A stretch of DNA of 64,000 nucleotides from Eledone cirrhosa (lineage: Eukaryota): positions 386,632,001-386,696,000 of the forward strand of contig OZ024740.1 of NCBI GenBank assembly GCA_964016885.1. The letters are read 5' to 3'. The position numbers and the translations under genes are program-made. How positions within the stretch are numbered: position 1 is the first letter of the stretch; each line of letters begins with the position of its first letter. Shown piece by piece: positions 1 to 12,889 of this stretch. The notes under the pieces were generated by a model that saw nothing but the letters and a program-made list of their open reading frames with translations, had not been told where the DNA came from and did no database searches.

Positions 1-880
1 TGTTATGTCTTCTGGATGCATGGGTATTTGATGGTAAGCCCGTTCCAGATCTATTTTAGAAAATATCTTGCGTCCATGCAGAACTGATGAAACATGCTGT
101 AAATTTGGTAAAGGATAACGATCAGGTGTAGTGATGGCATTAAGTCGTCTATAATCTCCCACAGGTCGAAAATCCGCTTCACCCTTACGAGCCAAATGAA
201 GCGGAGATGCCTATGGGCTGGTTGACGGTCGTATAAGATCAAGCTGAAGCATGTGTTCGAACTCATCCTTGGCTTTCTTTAGCCTGTCCGGAGCCAACCT
301 ATGTGGCCGAGAAAAAACAGGCGGAGCAGTTGTAATAAAATGTCGAGACGAGTGGACTACTTGATTCGGTTTAAATGAAATGTCAGTTAACTCGGGAAAC
401 GAGGCAAGAAGTGAATGAAACTGGTTTCCAGAGGCAGCTATAAAACACGCGGGACTTATGACAGTAGCAGTAGACCTACGAGCAGGCGTAGATAAGGATG
501 TGGTACCATCCACAAGTTTCTGTCTCCTGACATCTACCAACAATGAATAGAGGTATAAAAAATCAGCACCGAGAATAGGATGAGGTAGGTCCGCAACGAC
601 GAAAATTCATTTGAAATCTCGACGCAAAACTAGGTCGAATGATAAAGATATTTGTCCATACGTTTTTATAGGAGACTGGTTTACTGCATACAAGGAAATT
701 CCGGAAAAATTTGGCTTGGTACAGCTGAAACGAAGGGGCCAAATACTGCAACTAGATCCTGTGTCGACCATAAATGATTTGTTTGAAACTCGGTCTTTGA
801 TAAAGAAAGCACGATAAGGAGAATTAATGAGGGAGAGGTCTGCCGTGCCCAGACTCTCCAATTTTAGTTTTCCGAGGTCT
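1..880 (-). pseudogene. pol: Gypsy pol (aspartic protease + RT N-terminus), disrupted
   Basis: FMVDTGSSCS protease motif; PPVFSRPHRLAP..LIRPSTSP*ASPLHL..GDYRRLNAIT.PDRYPLP..FSKIDLERAYHQIP; TAG at 211-213 in place of the usual Trp codon. Confidence 0.9.
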
Positions 881-1568
881 CGAAAGAGCAGGGCTGAATA
901 CAATGTTTCGCCTTTTCACGAAAACGCACGTGATACCAACACAAAGACGAATTGCTGGCGGGGAGGTTGGCGCGACGATGAAGAGAAGGAGACCGATTCG
1001 GTGAACGCCACCTGGATGGCGCTCGCTCCCGACACAGTTTAACCACTTGATGAGTTAACGCGTCAATGGCTCTCAACATTGAGTCCTCACGAAGTGAAGC
1101 AGGCTGTGTTTTAAAAGCAGAAGAAACGACGAGTGAATCTGCCAGAGAACTGGTGTCGACCATATTTGCCAGTATGGTTTGCACATTTGTTGGCAAACGG
1201 GAGAAGAATAATTGTTTCACGAAAGAGTTGTCCTCTGCTGTTGAGTCGCTCAGTTCCCGGATGCGCCGTAAAAACTGAGACGGGGTTCTGTCTCCCAGGT
1301 TTCCCTCCTCCAACAAGGAACGAAATCTGCTCTCAGACGAACGGCTGTTCCGTCTGAGCACTTCTGCCTTTATGGTTTCGTAAGATATGCCTTGTGGAGG
1401 ATCTGTGATTATGTCTTTCACTGAGGTTGCGGGCAACGCAGGAATTCCACTTAGCACGTGTAATCTTTGTTGTGCCGCTTAAACGCCGTGGGCGGCAAAA
1501 TACGAGTCCTGTTGTGCAAACCACAACATTGCATCACCAGAATATGTCGGTAACGAAGAATTGCTCAT
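864..1568 (-). pseudogene. gag: Gypsy gag with one premature stop
   Basis: MSNSSLPTYSGDAMLWFAQ..., TAA at 1479-1481, LGDRTPSQFLRR, C-terminal CWYHVRF..AKHCIQPC knuckle; ends GGAAAACTAA with pol in the -1 frame. Confidence 0.85.
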
Positions 1569-2381
1569 GATGAACACAGTAGCCGCTGAGCGAAATTTTT
1601 TTCAACTGCCGCACACGTGGTTTAACTTTCATGAACCCGCTAACGACAACATATTTGAAAGGAAAAAATTAGCTGTATTTTCAAAATTATAGGCACACGT
1701 GGTAGTACCATGAATAGCTGAAGTAAAATGTAGCACCGAGCAAGTAAGATGGTGACTTCAAAACGAAAGCTTGGTTGAATCGACGACACGAGGGACAATA
1801 ATTTTGTTTTCTATTTTGTTCGCCCCACACGAACTGACTGAAATAAAACGAATTTCCTGGAGTCATGAATAATTTTTTTTTTATGTGTAGTTGTTGGGTT
1901 TACCATTTTAGTGGAGTTGTTTAGCAATATATTGTGTAGCAATAAATTGTAATAGTGTATGAAAATATTTGTCACAACTTTTATACGCTGTTGAATAAAT
2001 GAATTGGTTTTGCTGCGTATTCGGGGTCACCACTTTTGGTGAGTTGGTCCCAGGGTTACTTACTCCAGTAAGTACCACCGGATGCCAACTACTAAATTTA
2101 ATAGAAAATAGAGATAGGAGAATTTTCATACAATTTCATTTCGTGTGAGAATTATCTCTCACTACATTTGAAGTAATAACTGAAGCATAATAAGTTTCTC
2201 AAGACGAGTATCAAAATAACTTGCATTTATTGTAGTCCATATGTTACAAATGTGGCAAACAAATGACCTCGTGGCATGACAAGGTATAATCCAAGAGGAT
2301 ATACACTGACATCCTCTTGGAAACACCCATGACCAGCCAAAGGGACGGTTCTACTGTCCCTTCACCATACGATCAAGGTAA

Positions 2382-5300
2382 ATGACCCTTTCTCACTTGC
2401 CCCATTTCTCATCCAACATGGCCGTACTTAGAATAGGCAGTATAAATGCACGTGGCCCGGGGTCATCTTGGAAGCAGGGTCGCCTGCTCAACGACCTCAG
2501 GTCACTAAACATAGATGTGGTGGCCATCAGCGAGACCAGAATCTCCGAAGCACGAGCCTTCGCACCGATCTTCGGCGGCTACGATGTATACGCATCTCCC
2601 AGCCGTCCAGGATCGGGGGGAGGGTTGCCGTCTTTTTTCGGTGAGGCTTGGATCTCGCCATACGGGCCATATTCCTGGACCCAGAAGGTAAGTCGGTGGT
2701 GCTGGACGTGACCGGCAGCGAAGGCAATGCTTTCAGGTTAGTAGCCGTTTACGCCCCAACTGGGGAAGACGGCCATATTTCTTCAGACATCTAGAGACTT
2801 TTTTGGGAACGTCCCGCTCTTTAGTGTTAGTGGGCGACTGGAACGGTATCTTAGATGCACACTGGCATTGTGTGGGGCCAGTGGATAGGGAGGAGGGTGC
2901 AAGAGCCTCACCAACCTGCTCAGACGTTTTGAACTGTCTGACAGGTATCGACTGGATCACCCGAATGTGCCAATGTGGACATGGACAAACCGCATCGGGT
3001 CATCCAGATCTTATCTCGATAGTGTATTCTGCAGAGAACTAAATAAGGCTAGTATAAGTTGTCCACAATTTAAAATAGTCGACTACACAGACCACAAATT
3101 TGTGATCTGTGAGATCGACATAGACAGACTTCATAGACAAGGACCCGGTTACTGGAAGCTGAACGCGTCTTTCCCGGTGCGCAAAGCCTACAGAGACCGG
3201 ATTAGCGTATTAGTTAAGTGGGCGTTAAAGTAGAGTCGATTAGGTTTAGCAAAGGACTAGTGATAGAGGAAAATAGAGTAGAGGGAGAGCTAGTCAGAAA
3301 GCTAGAAGAGGCGTTTAGGACAGGCATCGCAACCGACGTGCTTGCGGCGAGATTGGCACTCGACCAATTCTTCAACGCAAAACACGAAGGCTGCGTTGTC
3401 AGAGTTAGAGCGCGTGCTCTGAAACGCGAGGGGACGAAAGCCGTCCAATGGGCCCGGGTAGCGGAGGCGCGACGTAGCAACAAAGCCAAAATTCGGTCTT
3501 TGTCTGCCCAAAACGGGCGCGTGTTGCTCAAACCCGAGCAGATGTGTGAGGCTTTTCAGCAGCACTTTGCTGAACTGTTCGGGAACAGCGGCGGGCCGGA
3601 TTGGGGTATGGACTTCAGTGCATACCTCGACGGACTGCCTCGGTTCTCGACGACCGCAGCACAGTGTTGCGAAAAGCCAATAACAGCCGGTGAAATACGG
3701 GAAGCGATGGCTAACTGCATGAGGGGTAAATCGGCAGGTTTGGATGGTCTGCCCTATGGGCTTTATGGATTTATGCCAGACTTGTTCGGTGACCTCTTGG
3801 CAGACGTCTACTGCAAGTGGCAGCAGAACGGGAGCATTCCCAGTTTTGTGAGCCGGGGAGCGGTAGCGCTGCTGAGAAAAGACCCGAACAAGGGGGATGT
3901 TATCGATAACTTCAGGGCCATAACCCTGCTAAACGCAGAGTTCAAGATTTTGGCCAAGGTGTTAGCAACGAGGTTGGCGCTTGTCGTCGAGGGTCTGGTG
4001 GGAGAGGCGCAGACATGCACCATTCCGGACAGATCCATACACGATAACCTTCACCTCATGCGATACATCGTAGAGAGGGTGGTTAAGGAACCTGGCACGG
4101 GTGAGGCCCTGATCAACTTGGATCAATCCAAAGCATTCAATAGAGTCGACCATCGGTACCTGGCGGCGGTCCTCGAAGCAGCCGGTTTCGGGCCCGTTTT
4201 CAGGGGTTGGATCGCTGCGATGTACAGCGACATCTGCTCAGTTGTGAGGGTGAACGGTCACCTGTCGCAGCCGTTCAGCATCATGCGCTCGGTCCGCAAG
4301 GGTTGTCCCCTCTCGTCCCTCTTGTACGTATTGGCTCTCGAGCCGTTACTACACCAACTGTCCCACGCGTCCCACGCGAACTAGATGTCTAGATGCTCGG
4401 CACCGCTCTCAAGGAATACAAAGCGGTGACAGGAGCAAAGATATACCAGGAAAAGTCGGTGGGCTTGCAGCTCGGCACCTGGAGAGGCAAGTCCATGCCG
4501 TCCGACAGCGTCGTGGGGCTTTGGACGGACGGACCGGTTAAATTGCTCGGAGTCTGGTTCGGACCGGACCTCCAGATGGAGAAAATCTGGAGCGAGGTGA
4601 CGAGCAGGGTGGCCTCTCTCACCCAGAAATGGGCCGAGAGGAAGCTGTCCCTGAAAGGCCGGGCGGAGGTGGCGAATGCGTACATTGCATCCGTCATCTG
4701 CTACCGCCTCACCGTCGTCTCTTGCCCCGGCCCAACTCTCACCAAAATAGAACGCCTCCTCTTCTGCTTTTTGTGGAAGAGACGCGCTCCTATGGTCAGA
4801 CGATCCATCTGCTGTCAACACCCGTTGCGTGGAGGATTGGGCATGCCATGCGCAAACATGCACTGAGGCTGCGACATCTCTGGTGCTTCTTTGACGGTGA
4901 ACAGGTGTGGTCGCCGTTCGCCAGGCACGTTTTCCCACAGCTCGTCTCCTTGACGGAGCTGCAGTCCTGGGTCAGGAAAAGACCGAGGGATAGCGCTTGG
5001 AAACTGGAAAGTCTCCAGGCGCTCACCGCCCTCTGCCAGCTGGGCACCAGTATCGATGGAACATCCATCTCGGCGTTCTATAGAGGACTAGTGGAGGGGA
5101 AGAGCGACGACGTTCTCGGAGAGATCCTGGGCGTCGAAGAAGATCAGCTGTTTGCTCTCTTCCGGAGAACTTTCAGCCCAGGGCCTATGGATAACTTCCA
5201 AAAATCCCTGGCCTGGCAGTGCTACCGGGGAGCGTTGCCGGTTCGAGATAAGCTCTACAGGCACGGAAGTGCCGTCAGCCGAGCCTGTCCGAGATGCGCG

Positions 5301-6123
5301 CAGAGCGACGAAACCGTCGTGCACGCACGCGTTCAGTGCCCGAGCATTGCTGACTTGTGGAGCTATGTCGAACAGTTGCTGTCGCGTGTAGGACTGATTC
5401 GGTTATCGACTGAGTCCATTGTGCAGATGGTCTCGCCGTCTTCATTCGAGGAGGAAGGGCAGGCGGTTTTCATCTGCCTGGTGGCCATGGCGAAAGAGAT
5501 TGTGTGATGGACAAGGTTGAAAGGGTTAAAGACAGACACTTTCCTCTTCGGCGAATCCCTAATTAACTTTTTCAAGTTTCACTTGAAGAGGAAAATCAGG
5601 GTGGAGAGGCAAGTGCTGCCTTCTAGCAAGTTTGTTGAAAGGTGGGTGAATGTAGCGAGAATGGTCCGAGTGAACGGGACCGCTCTGAATATACGTCTGT
5701 AGTTTGAGAAATGGAAAAATTGAGAGAGGGCGCTTGCCCTGGTGGTCAGTCTGGCCGTGGTCTTTTGTGTGGTTTTCGCCACGAGTAACCCTCGGAGGTT
5801 TCCCTCCTATTGGGAAATTTTTCATTGTTTTAATATCATTTTTATTGTTTATATATATATATATATATGTTTCTATGTCTTTTCTCTTTTTCTTTTCTTA
5901 TATAAATAATTGTTTCTACTTTTGGCACAACGCCAGCAATTACCCAGTGCATTACTGACCCCGTAAGGATGAAAGGCAAAGATAAATAATAAAAATCTTT
6001 ACACGCACAAAACCCACATCGTACTGTCCTGTACCGTCCTGTACCGTCTGTAATGTTTTTCTTGATGTCAGCCCTTGTGGCCAATAAAGAAATCATTATT
6101 ATTATTATTTTTTTTTTTTTTTT
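2382..6123 (+). mobile_element. L1/Tx1-type LINE ORF2 remnant with 3' UTR and tail
   Basis: APE endonuclease (GSINARG, SETR, GDWN, DHK), GPGYWKLN, RT motifs (GLDGLP, ITLLNAEFKILAK, DQSKAFNRVDH, GCPLS), C-terminal CPRC..ETVVH..C; several frameshifts; AATAAA then (ATT)n and T tail at 6083-6123. Confidence 0.92.
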
Positions 6124-6235
6124 GCTAATCCTATTAATGTCAGATTTTGATAAGATAATGAACTCGGAGCATTTGTGTTGGCATGGTTACGTACGATCTT
6201 CAAGATTTAGTCTATTCACTATAGTGTAATTTTTT

Positions 6236-6390
6236 ACGTTCTGAGTTCAAATTCCACCGATGTTAGCTTTGCCTTTCAGCCTTAAGAGGTCGATAAAATA
6301 AAGTACCAGTAACGCACTTGGTTTCGATTTAATCGACTTTCTTCTCCCCCAAAATTGTTGGCCTTATGCCTAAATCAGAAACCATTATTA
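6236..6390 (+). mobile_element. tRNA-derived SINE, partial
   Basis: GAGTTCAAATTCC B-box-like motif followed by TTTGCCTTTCA..GTCGATAAAATAAAGTACCAGT core shared with many copies in the window. Confidence 0.75.
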
Positions 6391-6728
6391 AATTCTTAAA
6401 GTGCATTAATTTTCTTGTAGGTTTCCCTGTGTTCCTTACGAATGATATTTATGCACACGCGCGCGCGCGAGCGCGTGTGTGTGTGTGTGCATGTGCATGC
6501 GTGTGCATGTGCATGCGTGTGCATGTGCATGCGTGTGCATGTATGTGTCTGTTAATGTACGGATGTACAGAAGTACTCAATTTTGATATACTGTCTTTAG
6601 TACGGTTTCTGCTTTGCTGTTGAATGTACTTGTAATTTGCAATATAGTAATTGATATGGTATGAATCTCATCTATAGTATGAAGTTATCTCTTGTATATA
6701 TTACTCTTGAAACTATTAACAATATATA

Positions 6729-6817
6729 AATTCCTGAAGATATGGAGAGCAACGGGCAGATACCTCGTATATATCATGGTATTGCCCGCCACTATACATT
6801 TAAACATGGGTAGAATT
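6729..6817 (+). ncRNA. Degenerate type I hammerhead ribozyme
   Basis: AATTC-CTGAAGA-[long stem-loop]-TAAA (G12 lost)-CATGGG-TA-GAATT. Confidence 0.45.
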
Positions 6818-6984
6818 AAAATTATGTTTTAAGTATAACTTGGTTATACTCTCTCCATTTATAAATTTTGAGCTCAGCAGCCCGTAGCCTAACAGTCTAC
6901 AACAGAATCTACAACAGCTGGGAATATCCTTAGCCGATTTTAAATTACTGCTATATGAAGGAAACTCAATAGTATAAAGATAGA

Positions 6985-8490
6985 ACTCCAACTCGGAACA
7001 CCTTTACATAAGAGCCACATCAACGAGCTTCAAGGACAGATGGATAACCACCGTCATTCCTTTAATGGGATCGACAAAAGGAAAAGTACGACCCTTTCCG
7101 AACTGATCTGGAAGCTCAAGCTGGACAGGACCCCGTACTCTTTGGTGTTGTCCAATGTTAGGGAGGTCCCACCAGAGGGGAGTGGATCTGACATCTCCAA
7201 CCTCTAAGTGAGACTCTGGAGATACTCAGTGGTGGGATTAATCTAATCAATCGTAGGACCGATTTCTTTGGTTCATGTAGACACCTTAGGACGGGAACTT
7301 TCCTCAAGCTATATGGATAGCAACCCCATCGCACTTAGTCCCCGAGACACCAGCCCCGCCCCCTATACCTACCGCTCTCCCCCTCTCTTCTCGTCTCAAC
7401 TAGCATTTAAGACACCACAGAGCCACACTTAGCAGCTAGACCCATACATCACATCGCTGTGGTCCACCCTTCTCTCTCACTTCCACAGCTCGAACCCAAG
7501 TTAACTGACACTATCTAATTAGCGAGATGATATACGTCGGCAGAGTCCTACCCTATGTGAAGCCAGGGACCCTACATTTCCGGCCACCGGGTCTCACCAC
7601 CCACCCCGGTCTGTGACCCGGTTCTCCGAGGGATATGCTACCTCGAACCTTAACCGTTTCGCACGCAAAACTAACTATCACAAATAAATCAGTACTGACT
7701 ATTACAAGTAAATAAGACACCTATTATTTCTCTCCGATATGCGTCTGTGTGTACGTATGCACGTATGTGTGTGTATGTACTTGTGTGTGTGTGCGTGTAT
7801 ATATGTGTACGCAGTTACGTTTAGCTACGGATGTATGTGCATGTATAGATGTAGGTATGTGTGTGCACCTATGTTTATATGTGTGTACGCCGATGGATGT
7901 TTGCGGGTGTGTACTAAATGTTTAAAATATAGATTATAATTTTTAACACCTTTAGATTTTAACATGTTTTGGTTTTAACACACATTTATAGCATCTCCCA
8001 TTATAAGACCTAGTGATATGGAGAAGCACTAACGTTACCAGAGGAACCCATATCAGTTTACATACATGAATTCTTCTCTAACAGCCTGAATAGTACCACA
8101 ACAGCGTGATAGTGATAAACCTGCTAACTGACCTGCTCATACCACTGCCACTACAAGCAAGTAGGTTAACTGGACCATAATATATATGCAGTTAAAGGCA
8201 ACTATAACAGGCTGACCTGTTTCTAGGAAAACTGACCGAAGAATTTCATTAGACTTACGCCTGTGGTATTGATATGGTATCTGACCAATTAGGTGAAGTT
8301 ATGTCCTCTGGACATGAACATATCAACGAATTAACAAGGTAAAATCTATTCCAACATTATGTTTTCCTGTTTTTTCTGTTCAAGTTCTAACTGCCTGATG
8401 AGATCATAGCTGTTGAATAATGGTTATCACCGAAATGTATATAGCAGCGAATATGAATAAACGAAGTTAATTTTAATCTGCTGACTTACA
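6985..8490 (+). mobile_element. Penelope-like element 3' remnant (GIY-YIG C-terminus + 3' region)
   Basis: EHLYIRATSTSFKDRW/NHRHSF..KRKSTTLSELIWKLK..LINRRTDFFGSCRHLR at ~6990-7320; HHR near the 3' end; terminates in (TA)n. Confidence 0.75.
8391..8447 (+). ncRNA. Minimal type I hammerhead ribozyme
   Basis: CTGC-CTGATGA-G..C-GAAA-TGTATA-TA-GCAG; stem II base imperfect. Confidence 0.65.
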
Positions 8491-8849
8491 CATCTTGTAT
8501 ATATATATATATATATATGATTCTATGGACATACTTTATAGTATATTGCTCTGATTATTTAATTTATTAATTCATCATTGAGCCACATCGTGAATGGTTG
8601 CCAAAACACATATTTATCTGTGACTTTGTCTAGTTTGTGTATATGTAAATCTTTATATTTAATAATCTCCCATAAGGTTGAGATGCAATTTGGGCAATAT
8701 TGGGCTGCGCTTTCTAGCAACCAGCCCACTCGCCGTAAACAACCAATCACATTCTTTCTGACTTGACCACTGCCACGTCACAATTCTTAGCCATTTTGAA
8801 TTCGTTTCTGACGGGGATCACTTAAGAAAATAATCTGTCCTAACGAGTT

Positions 8850-8931
8850 TGTTTCCTGATGAGTTCGAAGCTCGATATTTTATCCTTAATAGGATATTTC
8901 CAAATGCGAACGAAACCCGAGGGTAGAAACA
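8850..8931 (+). ncRNA. Type I hammerhead ribozyme
   Basis: TGTTTC-CTGATGA-GTTCG..CGAAC-GAAA-CCCGAGGG-TA-GAAACA; GUA cleavage site. Confidence 0.85.
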
Positions 8932-9222
8932 CAATCCTGGTATGTGTATATGCATTTCTTCTAACTTTAATTTTATACCTAATTCTGTATGGTTGATTGT
9001 ATATTTAATCGATTTCCACGTGCTGTTGAAATGTTGGGTAAATATTCTATGGCGGTTGGCCGCGAAGAGATTGCTGTCGTTTATTTATCTACTATTTCCT
9101 CATAGGTGCCTTTTAATCTTATAGCCTGGTCTAATTGATTTTTTTTGTGTGGTTAATTATGCTAATTGGGAGAGGAAATGGTGTATATATATTATCAAAT
9201 GATTCTATGGACATACTTTATA

Positions 9223-9317
<95 letters not shown>

Positions 9318-9319
<2 letters not shown>

Positions 9320-9490
9320 AAAAGAGTAAGGACCCAGACGGCTGAGCTCCGAAACGAGCTAGCTGTCGAAACGGCCGGAGCTCAACCGTCGGGGTCCTGA
9401 TTCTTTTCCTATTACCACTCTACTACCCAGTATGGAGTACTTTGGTGCGTTATGGTCCACCTGGTTCCTTACCACACTTCCTTTGTTATA
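9318..9490 (+). repeat. PLE pLTR 3' fragment with short inverted copy (family also at 25513, 37893, 47848)
   Basis: GAAACGGC..GAGCTC..CCGTCGGGGTC (HHR stem III half) and GGTGCGTTATGGTCCA shared between copies; flanked by (TA)n. Confidence 0.65.
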
Positions 9491-9663
9491 TATATATATA
9501 TATATATACTAGCTGAATTACCCGCGCCTTGCTGCGTTTCACACATTTCTTTTTTGTAAGAAAATGATGATTGATTTTAAATCAGTGATATAATTCATGG
9601 AGAAAAATTCTGCATTTCAATATTGCTCAATGTAAAATGTAACGCATGAAAAATTGGAAAATA

Positions 9664-9827
<164 letters not shown>

Positions 9828-9852
9828 AAATTTAGTGTCTAGATAAGAGCAA

Positions 9853-9940
9853 ATCTCCTGATGAATCCGGTGCTCGAGTTTATATAATTATTACATAATT
9901 ATTGGAAAGCTCAAAATGCGGATGAAACCATGGTAGAGGT
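9853..9940 (+). ncRNA. Minimal type I hammerhead ribozyme
   Basis: ATCTC-CTGATGA-ATCCG..CGGAT-GAAA-CCATGG (palindromic stem III)-TA-GAGGT. Confidence 0.85.
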
Positions 9941-10989
9941 ATTTAAATGTATTCTATTTTCTCCTAGTTTATTTTACACCTAATTCTGTTTAGTTGACTG
10001 TATCTGGGCGATTACGCTGTCGAAATATTCGATAAATATTCCGTTGTGGCCGACGCGAAGGGCTAATTTCGGTTATTTGTTGGAGATTTTTTCATAGAAG
10101 CCTCATTCTTATAGCCTGGTCTATTCGATTTTTTATATAGTTAATTATGCTAATTGGGAGAGGAAATGGTATATATTTTATCTTGTGATTCTATAGACAT
10201 GTTTTATGATATATATATATATATACCATCCTCCGGGGAAACGCCTTCTCCATTCTGTCCGCTGGGGCTGTGGGAGGGCCAGCACGTGGGACCCCATTTA
10301 CTCATAATAGAGAGAGAGATGGAGGCGATGCCAATGGGAGTCTGGCTCTTCTGTGTTCGGACCTAGTGTGCAGCGTCAGTTGTCCGTAGGGAGGTAGATT
10401 CATAATTACTTATAAACTAGTCTTATTTTTTCCTCGTATATAACGCAATTTTACTCATAGCTGTAGTAAACATTCTCTCTATTGAATCTATTTATAGATT
10501 TAATATCATTTTCGCAGTCAGTGATTGTCAAATCCTGCTCTCCACCCCTCCTCACTTTCTCCTATCTCGTTTTCTGTCTGTCTCCCTCTCTCCTTCTTTT
10601 TCTCTCTCTCCAACTGTCCTCATTATGCTGTGAACAAACCGGCTGTGACATATCGTACACGGATAACAATAAAGCAACATATCCATACACTATCATATAA
10701 TTATATTTAATCTTATTCTAACAATAGATATGTTACCTAATCCGACACTAGGAATATAGAAATGTAAACAAAACTACGAGACGACTGAACAGTTAAATCG
10801 GTGGACAAAATGATTTGCGATATTAATTCCAGTTCTCCGCTTTCATTTCAAATTCCGATAGGGTCAACTTTGCTTTTCATCCCTCAATAAAATAAAGTAC
10901 TAATTCACTGTGGTGGGTAACAAAACTGTTAGATTGTTGGACTAGATGCTTCGCGGTAATTGTAATGCCAATCTCCAACTCACAATCTA

Positions 10990-11520
10990 CAATCAGTAAA
11001 TTGTTGAAGTTACGGAGTTTGTATATTTCAGTCACAAACTATCATCAAACAACAACGGAATGGTTGCTGCGCAGTATCGCATCGCTCGAGGTTGGACAGC
11101 TTTCAACAAGATGAAGGAGTTTCCTATCATTTGAAGGCTAAAATCTTCGATACTTACATCCTACCAATTGTGTCATATGGTCTTGAATATGTTAATTAGA
11201 CGACAAAGTCACTTCGGAAGCTCTCTACATTCCAGTGAGCTGCTCAACATTACCAAACTTAGACCAATTACATGAATTGTCAAGTCAAGAGTACTCAAAC
11301 TATACGGTCATATAAAAGGATCAACACGTAGTGTGGGTAGGTTATGCTTGGATGGAAGGTTGGCTGGTAAGAGAAGCAGAGACCGGCAGTCAAAACGACG
11401 GCTTGATAATGTCAACCTATGGACTGGACTTGATCTTTGCTCTTTGAATTCTGCTGTTGGTGATCGAACTTTATGGAGAAAAATATCTCATGTTGATGTG
11501 CTGTCTGCAACTGGCGGAGT
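10990..11520 (+). mobile_element. RTE-like LINE 3' fragment, decayed
   Basis: RIARGWTAFNKMK, LKAKIFDTYILPIVSYGLE, LKLYGHI, GKRSRDRQSKRRLDNV, DRTLWRKI. Confidence 0.7.
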
Positions 11521-11823
11521 TTAGAGTCAAAGTAGTAGGCTAATCTAGATTGTAAGTTAACTTTCAGTAATCTGAAATCGATATCGTATCACCCATGCTA
11601 GGGGCTAAATTAAAGCTTATTTCAAATTACCCCAGCAACGGGAATAAGTGGGCAAAGGTGAAGAAGGGAGCCAGAGGAGGAAATTGTGGGAGGCAAGATC
11701 CTTGTGTTTAATAACTTTCGTTAAGCTTGTCATGATTTTTGTCAGTAGTATATATAAAATCGCTATCTGCAATATATATATATATTGCAGATACCGTTTT
11801 TAAGACGCATCCGGTTACATTTG

Positions 11824-11894
<71 letters not shown>

Positions 11895-11935
11895 GATATT
11901 AACAAATGGAAACTATATTTATAAAACCATATTTA

Positions 11936-11996
11936 TTTCATTATACATATTTCAAGGACACCAAGTTAAATTATGGTGTGCTTTCATCAGATAAAA
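11936..11996 (-). ncRNA. Minimal type I hammerhead ribozyme
   Basis: TTTTAT-CTGATGA-AAGcACACCA..TGGTGTcCTT-GAAA-TATGTA-TA-ATGAAA. Confidence 0.8.
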
Positions 11997-12889
11997 TATA
12001 ATATAGATCAGTTTTATAAATAAATATTGACATACCCTTAAAGAATGCAACCATTGTTGTTGGAAGCTCCCGGATAATGGAGTTGTAGCTTTAATTATAT
12101 TATTAGTATTGGATATTTTTATTTTAAAAATAAGTCGTTAGGTTACGGAGAAAGAGTAAGATAGAGACGGAGAGAGAGAGAGAAAGACCAGAACATCAGA
12201 GAGAGAGGAGACAGAGAAAAGGGGAGAGAACGAAAAACTCTAAGTCATAACTTGTTGAGTTAACTTAACAATTGAGTTGAATTGAATAAATAAAATTAGA
12301 AATGTTAATAATCATGAATGGAATATACATATATAATATGAGAAATTTAACCATTGTTTAAATATGATTAGATGTTTAGTTAATCATTTAAATATTGAGA
12401 TCAATATATTAAAAATTGGGATCTATATATTAAGAAATCCATATATTATTAAAGATCTACATATCATATAACACGTATACACACGCAAAAATACATACAT
12501 CTAAATATACATACACACTTATAAAATACATATACATATCTACCTACGTATATAATATATACACACAAAACATAAAGGATTCTTTAATTTAATTTAAGAT
12601 ATAGGAATCTTATAAAATGTTATAATTGTTAAGATATTAAAGGAAATTTTATGTTATACACACTTTATGTTATTAAACAAAATTTTTTTTATATAAGTTT
12701 TATAAGATTACCTGTTATGTATTTATGGCTGTTATTATATGTCTATCTGTCACGAATCTTGGGATAATCACTATACATAAGTGCAATCAAATTGTATGGA
12801 TATACATGCACATGTACATACACAATTCCCACATATACATACATATATGTACCCTCAATAGATAGGTAGATACGCATCACGTATACATA

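Larger units (their letters stand above)
1..2330 (-). mobile_element. Decayed Ty3/Gypsy LTR retrotransposon (5' part; runs off the window start)
   Basis: gag, protease and RT fragments in order on the minus strand; PBS-like TGGTGACCCCG at 2022-2032; putative 5' LTR from ~2037 rightwards with an uncertain outer edge. Confidence 0.85.

Noticed and set aside
84-95. CTGATGA hammerhead-like heptamer
   Set aside because: Antisense to Gypsy RT coding sequence, with no flanking stems in the right order
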